61,705 nucleotides of DNA from assembly GCA_038227105.1 (NCBI GenBank), contig JBBRQB010000005.1:1-61705 (forward strand), in the 5' to 3' direction. This document shows positions 1-9,146 of the stretch, piece by piece. The stretch's first letter is position 1, and each line of letters starts with the position of its first letter. A model generated the notes under the pieces. That model was not told the origin of the DNA and did not search any database. It was given only the letters and a program-made list of their open reading frames with translations. Made by a program: the position numbers and the translations under genes. Source of the DNA: Candidatus Limnocylindria bacterium. GTDB lineage: Bacteria > Chloroflexota > Limnocylindria > P2-11E.

Positions 1-2
1 CC

Positions 3-779
3 TCGCTCACCGAAAGCAGCGGCTGGCGCGCGGCGATCGTCCTTCTTATCGCCGCCTGCCTGGTGGTGCTGGTACCGGTCGCCCTCTTCATGCGGGACCG
101 GCCCGAGGACATCGGCGCACGGGCCTTCGGCGAGCAGCTCGTCATCAGCGACGTGGACCGCGCCGCCGACGCGCGCTCCACGCCGATGCGTGTGGCGCTC
201 CGGACGGGTGACTTCTGGCTGCTGGCCGGCAGCTTCTTCATCTGCGGCTACACGTCGAACGGCCTCATCGGCACGCACCTCATCCCCCACGCGATCGAAC
301 ACGGCTTCACGACGGTCACCGCGGCCAGCGCCGTCGGGCTCATGGGCGCGATGAACATCGTCGGGACCTTGGGCTCCGGGTGGCTGTCGGACCGCTTCGA
401 CAACCGCAAGCTGCTCGCGGCCTACTACACATTCCGCGCGATCTCGCTCTCGGTGCTCCCGCTCGTCGTGGATGCGCAGGGGTTGTACCTGTTCGCGTTC
501 GTGTACGGCCTCGACTGGATCGCGACGGTGCCGCCCACGGCGAATCTGGTCGCCAGCATCTTCGGGCGCGCCTCGCTCGGCACGATCTATGGCTGGGTGT
601 TCTTCAGCCATATGGTCGGCGCCGCGATCGCCGCCTATCTCGGCGGCTACGCGCACACCATCCTCGGCGACTACCACCTCATGTTCATTTCCGCCGCGCT
701 GTTCGGTATCGTCGCCGCCGGGCTCGCGCTCCGCATCCAGGCGCCGGGCCGTGCTGCGACGGCGGCCGCGGCCGCCTAA
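3..779 (+). CDS. MFS transporter (5'-truncated by window edge)
   Basis: Frame open from base 3; multiple hydrophobic helices; MFS motif A GWLSDRFDNRK. Confidence 0.85.
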   Translation, partial: SLTESSGWRAAIVLLIAACLVVLVPVALFMRDRPEDIGARAFGEQLVISDVDRAADARSTPMRVALRTGDFWLLAGSFFICGYTSNGLIGTHLIPHAIEHGFTTVTAASAVGLMGAMNIVGTLGSGWLSDRFDNRKLLAAYYTFRAISLSVLPLVVDAQGLYLFAFVYGLDWIATVPPTANLVASIFGRASLGTIYGWVFFSHMVGAAIAAYLGGYAHTILGDYHLMFISAALFGIVAAGLALRIQAPGRAATAAAAA

Positions 780-809
780 AATCCCCTCAGCGAATGGGAG
801 ACGTGATCG

Positions 810-1844
810 ATGAATAGCCTGGAGCTCGCGCGGATCGCGAAGGCGATGGTCGCGCCGGGTCGCGGGATCCTCGCAGCCGATGAATCTTCTGGGACGATCA
901 AGAAGCGCTTCGAGGCGATCGGCGTGGAATCCACACCCGACACGCGCCGCGACTACCGCGAGCTCCTCTTCCGGACGAACCCCGCGATGTCGAAGTACGT
1001 CTCCGGCGTCATCCTCTACGACGAGACGATCCGCCAGAAGGGCGCGGACGGCACGAACCTCGTCGCGCTCATCGAGGCCGCCGGATCGATCCCGGGGATC
1101 AAGGTCGACAAGGGCACGGTGCCGTTGCCGTTCCACCCGAACGAGGTCGTCACCGAAGGTCTCGATGGCCTGCGGGACCGGCTGGTCGAGTACCGCCAGC
1201 TCGGCGCGCGCTTCGCGAAGTGGCGCGCGGTCATCACCATCGGTGACCGGATCCCCAGCTGGGCCTGCGTGAGCGCGAACGCGCACGCGCTCGCCCGCTA
1301 CGCGGCCCTCTGTCAGGACGCGGACATCGTTCCGATCGTGGAGCCCGAGGTCCTCATGGACGGCGACCACGACATCGACCGCTGCGAAGCGGTGACCGAG
1401 CTGACCCTCACCGCGGTCTTCTCCCGGCTGCGCGAGGCCGGCGTGGACCTCGAGGGCATCGTGCTCAAGCCGAACATGGTCACCCCCGGAACAACGTCAC
1501 CGAAGCGCGCGACCGCCGAGGAGATCGCGATGCGAACGGTCCGCGTGCTGAAGGCGTGCGTGCCGCCCGTGGTGCCCGGGATCGCGTTCCTGTCCGGCGG
1601 GCAGGCCGACGAAGAGGCGACCGCGAACCTCAACGCCATCAACCGCGCCGGCGGCACGCCCTGGCCGCTGACGTTCTCGTACGGCAGAGCGCTGCAGGCG
1701 GCGCCCCAGAAGGCGTGGGGCGGGAAGTCCGGCAACGTCGGGGCGGCCCAGCAGGCGTTCCTGCATCGCGCCGAGATGAACTCGCTGGCATCGCTCGGAA
1801 CGTGGAGCGCGGATCTCGAGAAGAAGGGGCAGGCCGCCGCCTAG
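810..1844 (+). CDS. Class I fructose-bisphosphate aldolase
   Basis: GILAADES, GIKVDKG, FAKWR, VPIVEPE, LKPNMV, FLSGGQ, TFSYGRALQ motifs; GGGAG upstream. Confidence 0.95.
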   Translation: MNSLELARIAKAMVAPGRGILAADESSGTIKKRFEAIGVESTPDTRRDYRELLFRTNPAMSKYVSGVILYDETIRQKGADGTNLVALIEAAGSIPGIKVDKGTVPLPFHPNEVVTEGLDGLRDRLVEYRQLGARFAKWRAVITIGDRIPSWACVSANAHALARYAALCQDADIVPIVEPEVLMDGDHDIDRCEAVTELTLTAVFSRLREAGVDLEGIVLKPNMVTPGTTSPKRATAEEIAMRTVRVLKACVPPVVPGIAFLSGGQADEEATANLNAINRAGGTPWPLTFSYGRALQAAPQKAWGGKSGNVGAAQQAFLHRAEMNSLASLGTWSADLEKKGQAAA

Positions 1845-2299
1845 GCCCGCTCCCGGCGTTCGGCGAAGAATCCCGACAGCAGCGTCTCGGCCTCGGCGCG
1901 ACGAACACCGAGCCGCCATTTCGGGTGGTGGTTCAGCGCCGGGTCGTCCAGGAGCTCGGCGGCGGACAGCACAGCGCCGGCCTTCGGATCGGGAGCCGCG
2001 AACACGACGAGGTCGACGCGCGCGAGGACCGCCGCGCCGGCGCACATCGCGCATGGCTCGAGCGTGACGTAGAGGGCGCAGCCCGTGAGCCGCCATCGTC
2101 CGAGCGTCCTCGCCGCCGCGCGCAGCGCGATGAGCTCGGCGTGCGCCGTCGGATCCTGGTCGCGCTCCCGCGCGTTGTGACCGGTGCCGACGACGGTGCC
2201 CGCGTGCACGATGACGGCACCGATGGGCACGTCACCGTGTGCGATGGCCTTGCGCGCTTCGTCGAGGGCGGCATCCATGTGACGCGTGTCGTCGATCAT
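1841..2299 (-). CDS. tadA: tRNA adenosine(34) deaminase
   Basis: DPTAHAE, YVTLEPCAMC, DPKAGA and LNH motifs. Confidence 0.85.
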   Translation of the reverse strand: MIDDTRHMDAALDEARKAIAHGDVPIGAVIVHAGTVVGTGHNARERDQDPTAHAELIALRAAARTLGRWRLTGCALYVTLEPCAMCAGAAVLARVDLVVFAAPDPKAGAVLSAAELLDDPALNHHPKWRLGVRRAEAETLLSGFFAERRERA

Positions 2300-3087
2300 G
2301 CGCCGGTGAAGCGCGGCGGTCGCTTGTCGAGGAACGCGCGCACGCCTTCGGCGTAGTCCTTCGATCGTCCGGCCCGGTCCTGAAGCGCTGACTCGACCTC
2401 GAGGAAGTCACGCAGGCCGCGATCCCAGGCCGCGTTCAATCCCTCTTTCGTGAGCGCGTAGGCCTCGGTCGGTCCGGCGGCGAGATCGCGCGCGTAGGCG
2501 CGCCAGGCGGCCCCGAACTCGGTGTCCGGCCACACGCGCGTCGCCAGCCCAAGGCGCAGTGCCTCTTCGCTCGTGACCGGTTCACCACTGAAGATGATGT
2601 CGATGGCCCGCCCCCAGCCGACGAGGCGCGGGAGGAAGTACGCGGATCCGGCGTCGGGAACGAGCCCCACCTTCGACCACGCGGCGCGGAACGTCGCCGA
2701 CCCGGTTGCGACGCGGACGTCGCAGGAGAGCGCGAGGCCGAGGCCCGCTCCCGCAGCCACGCCGTTCACGGCCGCCACGACGGGCTTCCGCATGTCGCGG
2801 ATCGCCGTGATGATCGGGTGGTAGCGGCGGCGCAGCTCCTCACCAAGACGGAGCTCGGCGCCCGCCGCGATCGCCGCTGCGCGATCGCGGAGGTCCTGGC
2901 CCGCCGAGAACGCGCGACCGGCCCCGGTGATGACGACGCACCGGACGGCGCCGTCCTGTGCGGCATCGGTGAGACCGACGGCGAGGGCCGAGGTGAGGGC
3001 TTCGTCGAACGCGTTCAGTGCGTCGGGGCGATCGAGTGTGAGGATCGCCACGCCGGCGTCGCGCTCGACGCGCAGCGGCGAGCTCAC
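2296..3087 (-). CDS. Enoyl-CoA hydratase/isomerase (PaaG-like)
   Basis: AFSAGQDL, AVNGVAAGAG, GLVPDAG crotonase motifs. Confidence 0.85.
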   Translation of the reverse strand: MSSPLRVERDAGVAILTLDRPDALNAFDEALTSALAVGLTDAAQDGAVRCVVITGAGRAFSAGQDLRDRAAAIAAGAELRLGEELRRRYHPIITAIRDMRKPVVAAVNGVAAGAGLGLALSCDVRVATGSATFRAAWSKVGLVPDAGSAYFLPRLVGWGRAIDIIFSGEPVTSEEALRLGLATRVWPDTEFGAAWRAYARDLAAGPTEAYALTKEGLNAAWDRGLRDFLEVESALQDRAGRSKDYAEGVRAFLDKRPPRFTGA

Positions 3088-3854
3088 TTGCCCTTGAAGA
3101 CGGCCTTCCGCTTGTTCATGAACGCGTCGACGCCCTCCTTCTTGTCCTCGGTGGAGAAGAGGAGGTAGAACGCCTTGCGCTCGAACTCAAGGCCGGCGTC
3201 GAGCGTCGAGTTGTACGCGAGGTCGATGGCCTCGGTCGCGAGGCGCACGGCGATAGGCGGCATCTGCGCGATCGTCCGGGCGAGTGCCTTCGCGTCTTCG
3301 AGATACGTCGCCGCGGGGTAGACCTGCGCCGCGAGACCGATGGCCTTTGCCTCGTCAGCCTTGATCCGGCGTCCGGTGAGGATGATCTCCATCGCGCGGT
3401 ACTTCCCGACGACGCGCGTGAGCCGCTGCGTTCCGCCAGCGCCGGGGATGATCCCGAGGTTCACCTCGGGCTGGCCGAACTGCGCGGTCTCGCTCGCGAC
3501 GATGATGTCGCACGTCATCGCGAGCTCGCAGCCGCCGCCGAGGCAGTAGCCGGAGACCGCGGCGATGATCGGCTTGCGGATACGGCGCACGCGCTCCCAA
3601 CGCGTGGTCAGGTCCTGCTCCAGCATGCTCGCGGGCGTCGCGTCGACGAAGGACGCCTTGATGTCGGCACCAGCCGCGAACGCCTTCTCGCTGCCGGTGA
3701 CGATGATGCAGCGGATGTCCGGCTCGTTGTCGAGCGCCTCGAGCGCGCCGACGAGCTCATCCATGAGCTCCTCGGAGAGGGCGTTCAGCACCTCAGGCCG
3801 ATCGAGCTGGACGGTCGCGATGGGCGCTTCGCGGATCGCTTTGATCGTGCTCAC
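3084..3854 (-). CDS. Enoyl-CoA hydratase (PaaF-like)
   Basis: AFAAGADI, GGGCELA, FGQPEVNLGIIPGAGGTQRL; start moved to GTG 3854. Confidence 0.9.
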   Translation of the reverse strand: MSTIKAIREAPIATVQLDRPEVLNALSEELMDELVGALEALDNEPDIRCIIVTGSEKAFAAGADIKASFVDATPASMLEQDLTTRWERVRRIRKPIIAAVSGYCLGGGCELAMTCDIIVASETAQFGQPEVNLGIIPGAGGTQRLTRVVGKYRAMEIILTGRRIKADEAKAIGLAAQVYPAATYLEDAKALARTIAQMPPIAVRLATEAIDLAYNSTLDAGLEFERKAFYLLFSTEDKKEGVDAFMNKRKAVFKGK

Positions 3855-3883
3855 GTCTTCTTCCCCATTTCCTCCGCGAGTAT

Positions 3884-4690
3884 CTAGTAGAGTTGGCCTT
3901 TCGGTGCGGGCTGGCATTTCGGGCAGAGGTCCACGTCGTCGAGGCCCTTGCGCCGCCGCATGAGCGTGGCGCCACACCGTGGGCACGGCTGACCCGCGCG
4001 CCCGCGCACCTGCATGTGATCGCGCGGCTTCTTGCCCAGCTGGGCAGGCATCGCCGATCCCACTTCCGCGAGCCCTCTCGCCACGACGCCGCGTAGCGAC
4101 GCGTAGAAGGCGTGCATCTCGTCACTCGTGAGCGAGCCGACTCGCCGCTTGGGATGGAGCTTCGCTGTCCAGAGGATCTCGTCGGCGTAGGCGTTCCCGA
4201 TGCCGCTCACGAAGGTCTGGTCCTGGAGCAGGTTGCGCACCTCGCTTCGCTTGGCCTTCGCTCGCTCGGCGAACTCCGCCTCGGACCAGGTGAGCGTGCC
4301 TGCATCCGGACCGATCTCCGCGAGGCCCGGGGCATCGATGCCGACATACACCTTGCCCATCCGAACGTCATCGCGGTAGCGGAGCTCCGTGCCGTTGTCG
4401 AACTCCAAACGCATCCGGGTGTCCTTCGTCGCCTTCGCGCCGGAGGGCTGGAGCGAGAAGATGCCCGCGAGCATCGGATTCACCGTCATGACCACACCGT
4501 CGAACGTGAAGATGAGGAACTTGCCGTGATGCTCGATGTTCCGGAGCGTCCGGCCGGCGAGCAGCTCGTCGACCGGCTTGAGCGCACGCAGCACCACGGG
4601 ATCCCCGAGGCGCACGGCGACCACCTTCTTTCCGACGAGCGCATCGGCGATCCGCTCCTGCATGACGCGAAGCTCCGGCCACTCCGGCAC
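3884..4690 (-). CDS. Fpg/Nei family DNA glycosylase
   Basis: N-terminal (M)PEWPE from GTG 4690, HGKF, H2TH motif SGIGNAYADEIL, C-terminal CPRC...CPKCQ zinc finger. Confidence 0.9.
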   Translation of the reverse strand: MPEWPELRVMQERIADALVGKKVVAVRLGDPVVLRALKPVDELLAGRTLRNIEHHGKFLIFTFDGVVMTVNPMLAGIFSLQPSGAKATKDTRMRLEFDNGTELRYRDDVRMGKVYVGIDAPGLAEIGPDAGTLTWSEAEFAERAKAKRSEVRNLLQDQTFVSGIGNAYADEILWTAKLHPKRRVGSLTSDEMHAFYASLRGVVARGLAEVGSAMPAQLGKKPRDHMQVRGRAGQPCPRCGATLMRRRKGLDDVDLCPKCQPAPKGQLY

Positions 4691-4694
4691 GAGC

Positions 4695-5702
4695 TCAGTC
4701 CTTGACCGCGTCGAGCCAGCGCGGCTCAGGCAGGTCGAACCGCCGGGCGGCCCACGCGAGCGTCGCCTTGAGCTGCCGCCGCTGGACCGAGCGGATGCGC
4801 GGAAGCCCAGCCTGCGCCGGCCGCCAGGCGCGATCGGCGAAGTAGCCCGCGATCCCAGCGATGGATGCGTCGAGGGCGACGCTGCGCAGCGGCAGGACAC
4901 GCTCGTACTCCGCGACGACGCGCTCCGGTGCCGGCCCGCCCTCCATCGCGACGGCCTGCGCGAACGCCGCGGCCTCGAACTCATGCGGTCCGAGTGCCGC
5001 GAAGTTCCAATCGAACATGCGGAGCCGGTCGCCCTGGAGTCGGATGTTGTCGGAGCGCGTGTCGAAGTGCATGAACACGAAAGGCGGGCGCACTTTTCGG
5101 AGCAGCGACTCCTGCTCGCGGAGTAGCGGCAGCGCCACATGCAGCCACTCCTCGGCCTCGGCCATCCTGCGGCCGGCGAGCGAGGCCGTGCGGTCGAGCC
5201 CGTCGTCGGCGAGCGCATCCCAGGACCCGGAGAACCGGTGGTGCTCGGTGCGCGACAGCCACGCGGGAAGGCTCTTCCCGTACGTCACGCGATGGAACTT
5301 CGCGTACGACCGCGTGCTCGCGGCCGTCTTTGCGACGGTCCAGGGCGGCATCGTGTCGGGACCGACGTCCTCGAGGACCATGACGTGCCAGCCCGCGGCG
5401 CGAACGCTCCCGTAGTACCGCGGCGCCCAGGGACGCATGAACGGCTCGCACTCCTGATAGACGTGCTCCTCGGGATCGAGCATCCACCGGACCGCGCTGC
5501 CGGCGGGCAGGGGGTACGTGCCCTTCAGGAAGAGCTTGCGTCCCGTGCTGGTCGTGATGCGGAATGTCGCCGACGGCGCATACCCGCCACACGCGCGATC
5601 GGCGCGTGTGACGCGGCCCCGCAGCAGCTTCGCGAGCTCGTCCTTGACCGCCTGCGGCACCGCCGACCACGGCGGCTTGAGCTCAGTCCCGGTCCGCGAC
5701 AA
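4695..5702 (-). CDS. Aminoglycoside phosphotransferase-like kinase
   Basis: LFLKG, HFDTRSDN catalytic loop, FDW metal-binding motif. Confidence 0.75.
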   Translation of the reverse strand: MSRTGTELKPPWSAVPQAVKDELAKLLRGRVTRADRACGGYAPSATFRITTSTGRKLFLKGTYPLPAGSAVRWMLDPEEHVYQECEPFMRPWAPRYYGSVRAAGWHVMVLEDVGPDTMPPWTVAKTAASTRSYAKFHRVTYGKSLPAWLSRTEHHRFSGSWDALADDGLDRTASLAGRRMAEAEEWLHVALPLLREQESLLRKVRPPFVFMHFDTRSDNIRLQGDRLRMFDWNFAALGPHEFEAAAFAQAVAMEGGPAPERVVAEYERVLPLRSVALDASIAGIAGYFADRAWRPAQAGLPRIRSVQRRQLKATLAWAARRFDLPEPRWLDAVKD

Positions 5703-7605
5703 CGGTCCGCAGCTGCTGCCAGGCGTCGCGCGCCTCTTCCACCGAGCCCTCGTCCTCGATGGTCGAGATATCGCCCGGATCCTTGTTCAGGATCACCGCC
5801 TTCAAGACGCGGCGCATGATCTTGCCGCTCCGCGTCTTGGGGAGCATGTCGACGAAATTCAGCTCGCCGATGACCGCGAGCGGCCCGAGCTCGCGCCTGA
5901 CCGTCGCGAACAGCTCGGCCTTCAGCGCGTCCGACGGGGTATGCCCCTCCCGCAGCACGACGAACGCGGAGATGACCTGACCACGGAGCTCGTCGGGCCG
6001 CCCGGTGACACCGGCCTCCGCGACCGCGGGATTGCGGAGGAATGCGGTCTCGACCTCGATGGTCCCGATGCGGTGGTCCGCGATCTTGATGATCTCGTCG
6101 GCGCGGCCGCTGAACCAGACGTAGCCGTCGGCGTCCATCGACGTCGCATCGCCGGTGAAGTACACGTTCTTCCCCGGCACGCGGTCCCAATAGTCCGTCG
6201 CGTACCGCTCGGGCTCCGCCCAAAGCCGCGCGGTGAGGCCGGGGAACGGCCGTTTGATCACGAAGATGCCCTTGTCGCCAGCCGCGACAGGGCCGCCCTC
6301 TGGCGTCATGACCTCCGCCTCGATACCGGCGAGCGGCACACCGCCCGACCCAGGCTTGATCGGAAGCAGTGCGATGCCGTACGGATTGCCGACGACCGGC
6401 CCGCCCGTCTCGGTCTGCCAGTAATGGTCGATGACCGGGATGCGATCGCCGAGCGCCTCCTTCTGGAACCACTCCCAGGCCGGCGCGTTGAGGACCTCGC
6501 CGGCGCAGAACACGCGATCGAGCGACGTTAGGTCGTGCTTCTTCGCGGGTGCGGTCCCATAGCGCATCAGCAGCCTGACGGCAGTCGGCGAGGTGAAGGC
6601 GCCGGTCACCTTGTGCCGTTCAACGATCCGGTAGAAGGTCTCGGCGTCCGGATGGTCGATCGCGCCCTCATAGGCGATCGTCGCGCAGCCCACGAGCAAC
6701 GGCCCGAACACGATGTAGCTGTGCCCGACGACCCAGCCGATATCCGAGGTCGACCACCAGATGTCGTCGGGCGTGAGGCCATACATCCACTTCGCCATCG
6801 AATACACGTAGACCTGATAGCCGCCGTGCGTGTGCACCGCGAGCTTTGGCTTCGCGGTCGTGCCGCTCGTCGCCAGGATGTACGCGGGCTCGTTCGCCTC
6901 GAGCTCGACGTGCGTATCGGGCTGTCCCGCGCCGCCGGCGAGGAACCGCTCCCAGGTGATGTCGCGACCCTCGGTCCAGGGGATCTCCACCGGGGTGCGG
7001 CGCAGCACCACGACCTTCTCCACGGTCGGCGCAGCGGCGACGGCATCGTCGACGATGCCCTTGAGCGGGACGTCCTTCCCCTTGCGATAGACGACATCGG
7101 TCGCGAAGACGACCTTGGCGCCCGCGAGCCGGACGCGCTCGCCCAGCGCGCCCGATCCGAAGCCCGCAAAGATGACGATGATCACCGCGCCGATCCGGAT
7201 CGCGGCGAGCATCAGGATGATCGCCTCGGCCGATGTCGGCATGTAGATCGCGACCCGATCGCCGATGCCGATGCCGAGGCCCCGGAGCGCCGCGGACACT
7301 CGCTTCGTCTCGTCGAGCAGCTCGGCGTACGTCAGCGTCCGCGTCTCGCCGCGCTCGTTCTCGGTGATGAGCGCGGTCGCCGCGCCCCGTCCGGCCACGA
7401 CGTGATGGTCGACGCAGTTGTACGCGAGGTTCGAGCGGCCGCCCGCGTACCAGCGGAACGTCGGCGGCTGCCAGTCGAGGACCCGGTCCCATTTCTTCGA
7501 CCATCGGAGCTCCTCGGCCGCACGACCCCAGAAGGCATCGGGGTCGTCGGTGGCGCCCTTGCGCCACGCGGTCACCTTCGCCAGCGCGTCGGAGCCGGTC
7601 GTCAC
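5683..7605 (-). CDS. acs: Acetate/short-chain acyl-CoA ligase
   Basis: TSGTTAKPK, DHYWQTETG, YFTGD, GRADE, PKTRSGKIMRR. Confidence 0.9.
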   Translation of the reverse strand: MTTGSDALAKVTAWRKGATDDPDAFWGRAAEELRWSKKWDRVLDWQPPTFRWYAGGRSNLAYNCVDHHVVAGRGAATALITENERGETRTLTYAELLDETKRVSAALRGLGIGIGDRVAIYMPTSAEAIILMLAAIRIGAVIIVIFAGFGSGALGERVRLAGAKVVFATDVVYRKGKDVPLKGIVDDAVAAAPTVEKVVVLRRTPVEIPWTEGRDITWERFLAGGAGQPDTHVELEANEPAYILATSGTTAKPKLAVHTHGGYQVYVYSMAKWMYGLTPDDIWWSTSDIGWVVGHSYIVFGPLLVGCATIAYEGAIDHPDAETFYRIVERHKVTGAFTSPTAVRLLMRYGTAPAKKHDLTSLDRVFCAGEVLNAPAWEWFQKEALGDRIPVIDHYWQTETGGPVVGNPYGIALLPIKPGSGGVPLAGIEAEVMTPEGGPVAAGDKGIFVIKRPFPGLTARLWAEPERYATDYWDRVPGKNVYFTGDATSMDADGYVWFSGRADEIIKIADHRIGTIEVETAFLRNPAVAEAGVTGRPDELRGQVISAFVVLREGHTPSDALKAELFATVRRELGPLAVIGELNFVDMLPKTRSGKIMRRVLKAVILNKDPGDISTIEDEGSVEEARDAWQQLRTVVADRD

Positions 7606-7844
7606 ACGCGGATTATGGCCCCGAGCACCTTCTCGATCGCGGCCTCGCCCACCGTCAGCGTATGGCCGTCCCAGAGGGCCGGCGTCGCCGTGCCGCCGAG
7701 CCGCGCGAGCTCATCCTTGCCGTCGGTCTCGGCGTTCTGGAAATCGAGGCGGTCCTTGAGACCGAGCTCCACGACCTTCAGACGGATCCGCGCGCTCCCG
7801 GGCTCGGCGATGCGATGGAAGAGGATGAGAGCGGGCTCGGTCAC
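7602..7844 (-). CDS. Small glutaredoxin/GST-N-like protein without Cys
   Basis: GTG 7844 overlaps the IDI-2 stop and its stop overlaps the acs start; SARIRL...LGL and TPALWDG...GEAAI resemble the thioredoxin fold. Confidence 0.6.
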   Translation of the reverse strand: MTEPALILFHRIAEPGSARIRLKVVELGLKDRLDFQNAETDGKDELARLGGTATPALWDGHTLTVGEAAIEKVLGAIIRV

Positions 7845-8962
7845 TTCCGCGAGCGCGGAGCGCGGTGGTCGAGCTGGTCGATCCACTCGCGCGTCGCGCC
7901 GGTGATCACGGGGGGGCGGGTCGACAGGTCGCGAGCCCGCTTCACGCCCGCCAGGAACGTGGCGGTGCGGAGCTCGAGCGCGAACTGCGCGATCCAGCGA
8001 TCGATCGCCTCCGCACCCTCGAGCGCGGCTTGAAGGAGCGGCCGGCCGACCCCGACCGCGGTCGCACCGAGCGACAGCGCCTTCGCGCCATCGAGACCGT
8101 TGCGCACACCACCGGTCGCGATCACCGGGAGCCCCGATCGGGCGCAGCCGGCGATGGCGACCGCGGTGGGAAGCCCCCAATCGCGGAACACCTCACCGAG
8201 GTGCGCCCGGGCCATGTCACCACGTTCCCTCGCGCGCAGCCCCTCGATCGCCGCGAAGGACGTGCCCCCCACGCCGCCGACATCGATGCCCTTGACCCCG
8301 AGCGCCTTCAGCCGGCGGGCCACCGCTCCGCTGATCCCCGCGCCGGTCTCCTTCGCGATCACCGGAACGGAGCTCTGGCGCACGAGCCGTGCGATCGCGG
8401 CCTCGACTCCGGCGGCCCGCGTCTGACCTTCGGGCTGTACGGACTCTTCGAGGTAGTTGAGGTGCAGTGCGACCGCGTCGGCGCCGATCATCTCGACGAG
8501 GGCTCGGACGTCGTTGCCGGCGAGCGCGGCGCCGTCGTCCTGCGCGACGAGCTGCGACACGCCGACGTTCGCGATGATGAACGCCTTCGGCGCGCGCTCG
8601 CGCACGATCGCGTACGTGCGGCGGAGGCTCGGGTCGCGCAACGCCGCGCGCTGGCTGCCGACCCCCATCGCGATCCCGTGCCGGGCAGCCGCGTCGGCGA
8701 GCGTCGCGTTCACCTTCTCCGCGCCGCGATGGCCGCCGGTCATGCCCGCGATGACGAGCGGAATGTCCAACGTGTGTCCCAGGAGCTTCGATGCGAGGTC
8801 GATGCGCGCGGCATCCGTGACCGGCAGCGCGTCGTGTACGAGATGCACGTCGTCCCAGCCCGGGGCGCGCCGCGTCTCGACGTCGCCCTCGGCGGCGAGA
8901 CGGAGGTGCTCGGCCTTGCGTTTCTCGATCTCCCCCTTCGGGGAGCTAGTCGAAGACGCCAT
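7841..8962 (-). CDS. fni: Type 2 isopentenyl-diphosphate isomerase (IDI-2)
   Basis: RKAEHL, IAGMTGG, MGVGSQR, HLNYLEESVQPEG, KETGAG, GGTSF, ATGGVRNG. Confidence 0.93.
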   Translation of the reverse strand: MASSTSSPKGEIEKRKAEHLRLAAEGDVETRRAPGWDDVHLVHDALPVTDAARIDLASKLLGHTLDIPLVIAGMTGGHRGAEKVNATLADAAARHGIAMGVGSQRAALRDPSLRRTYAIVRERAPKAFIIANVGVSQLVAQDDGAALAGNDVRALVEMIGADAVALHLNYLEESVQPEGQTRAAGVEAAIARLVRQSSVPVIAKETGAGISGAVARRLKALGVKGIDVGGVGGTSFAAIEGLRARERGDMARAHLGEVFRDWGLPTAVAIAGCARSGLPVIATGGVRNGLDGAKALSLGATAVGVGRPLLQAALEGAEAIDRWIAQFALELRTATFLAGVKRARDLSTRPPVITGATREWIDQLDHRAPRSRK

Positions 8963-9122
8963 CACGCTGGAGGCTACGTTGTTTTTCGCCCGAGAGGCCG
9001 AGCAGCTCGCCGAAGGCGTGGTCATTGTCGGCGCCGAAGATCGTCCGCTGATGCTCGCGGTCGAGTGGCGTGGGGAGCCCGAGCAGGCCGACATCCACGA
9101 GCTCGAGCGTGGTCCCCGTCAT
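8946..9122 (-). pseudogene. 58-aa ORF resembling the C-terminal tail of a family III CoA-transferase
   Basis: Hand translation MTGTTLEL...FGADNDHAFGELLGLSGEKQRSLQRDGVFD; compare LGEHTWELAAELLGMQRAEYDRLVAEQVFY at the end of 48558..49778. Confidence 0.45.
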
Positions 9123-9146
9123 CGTGACGTCGGTCGTCTTCCCGGG

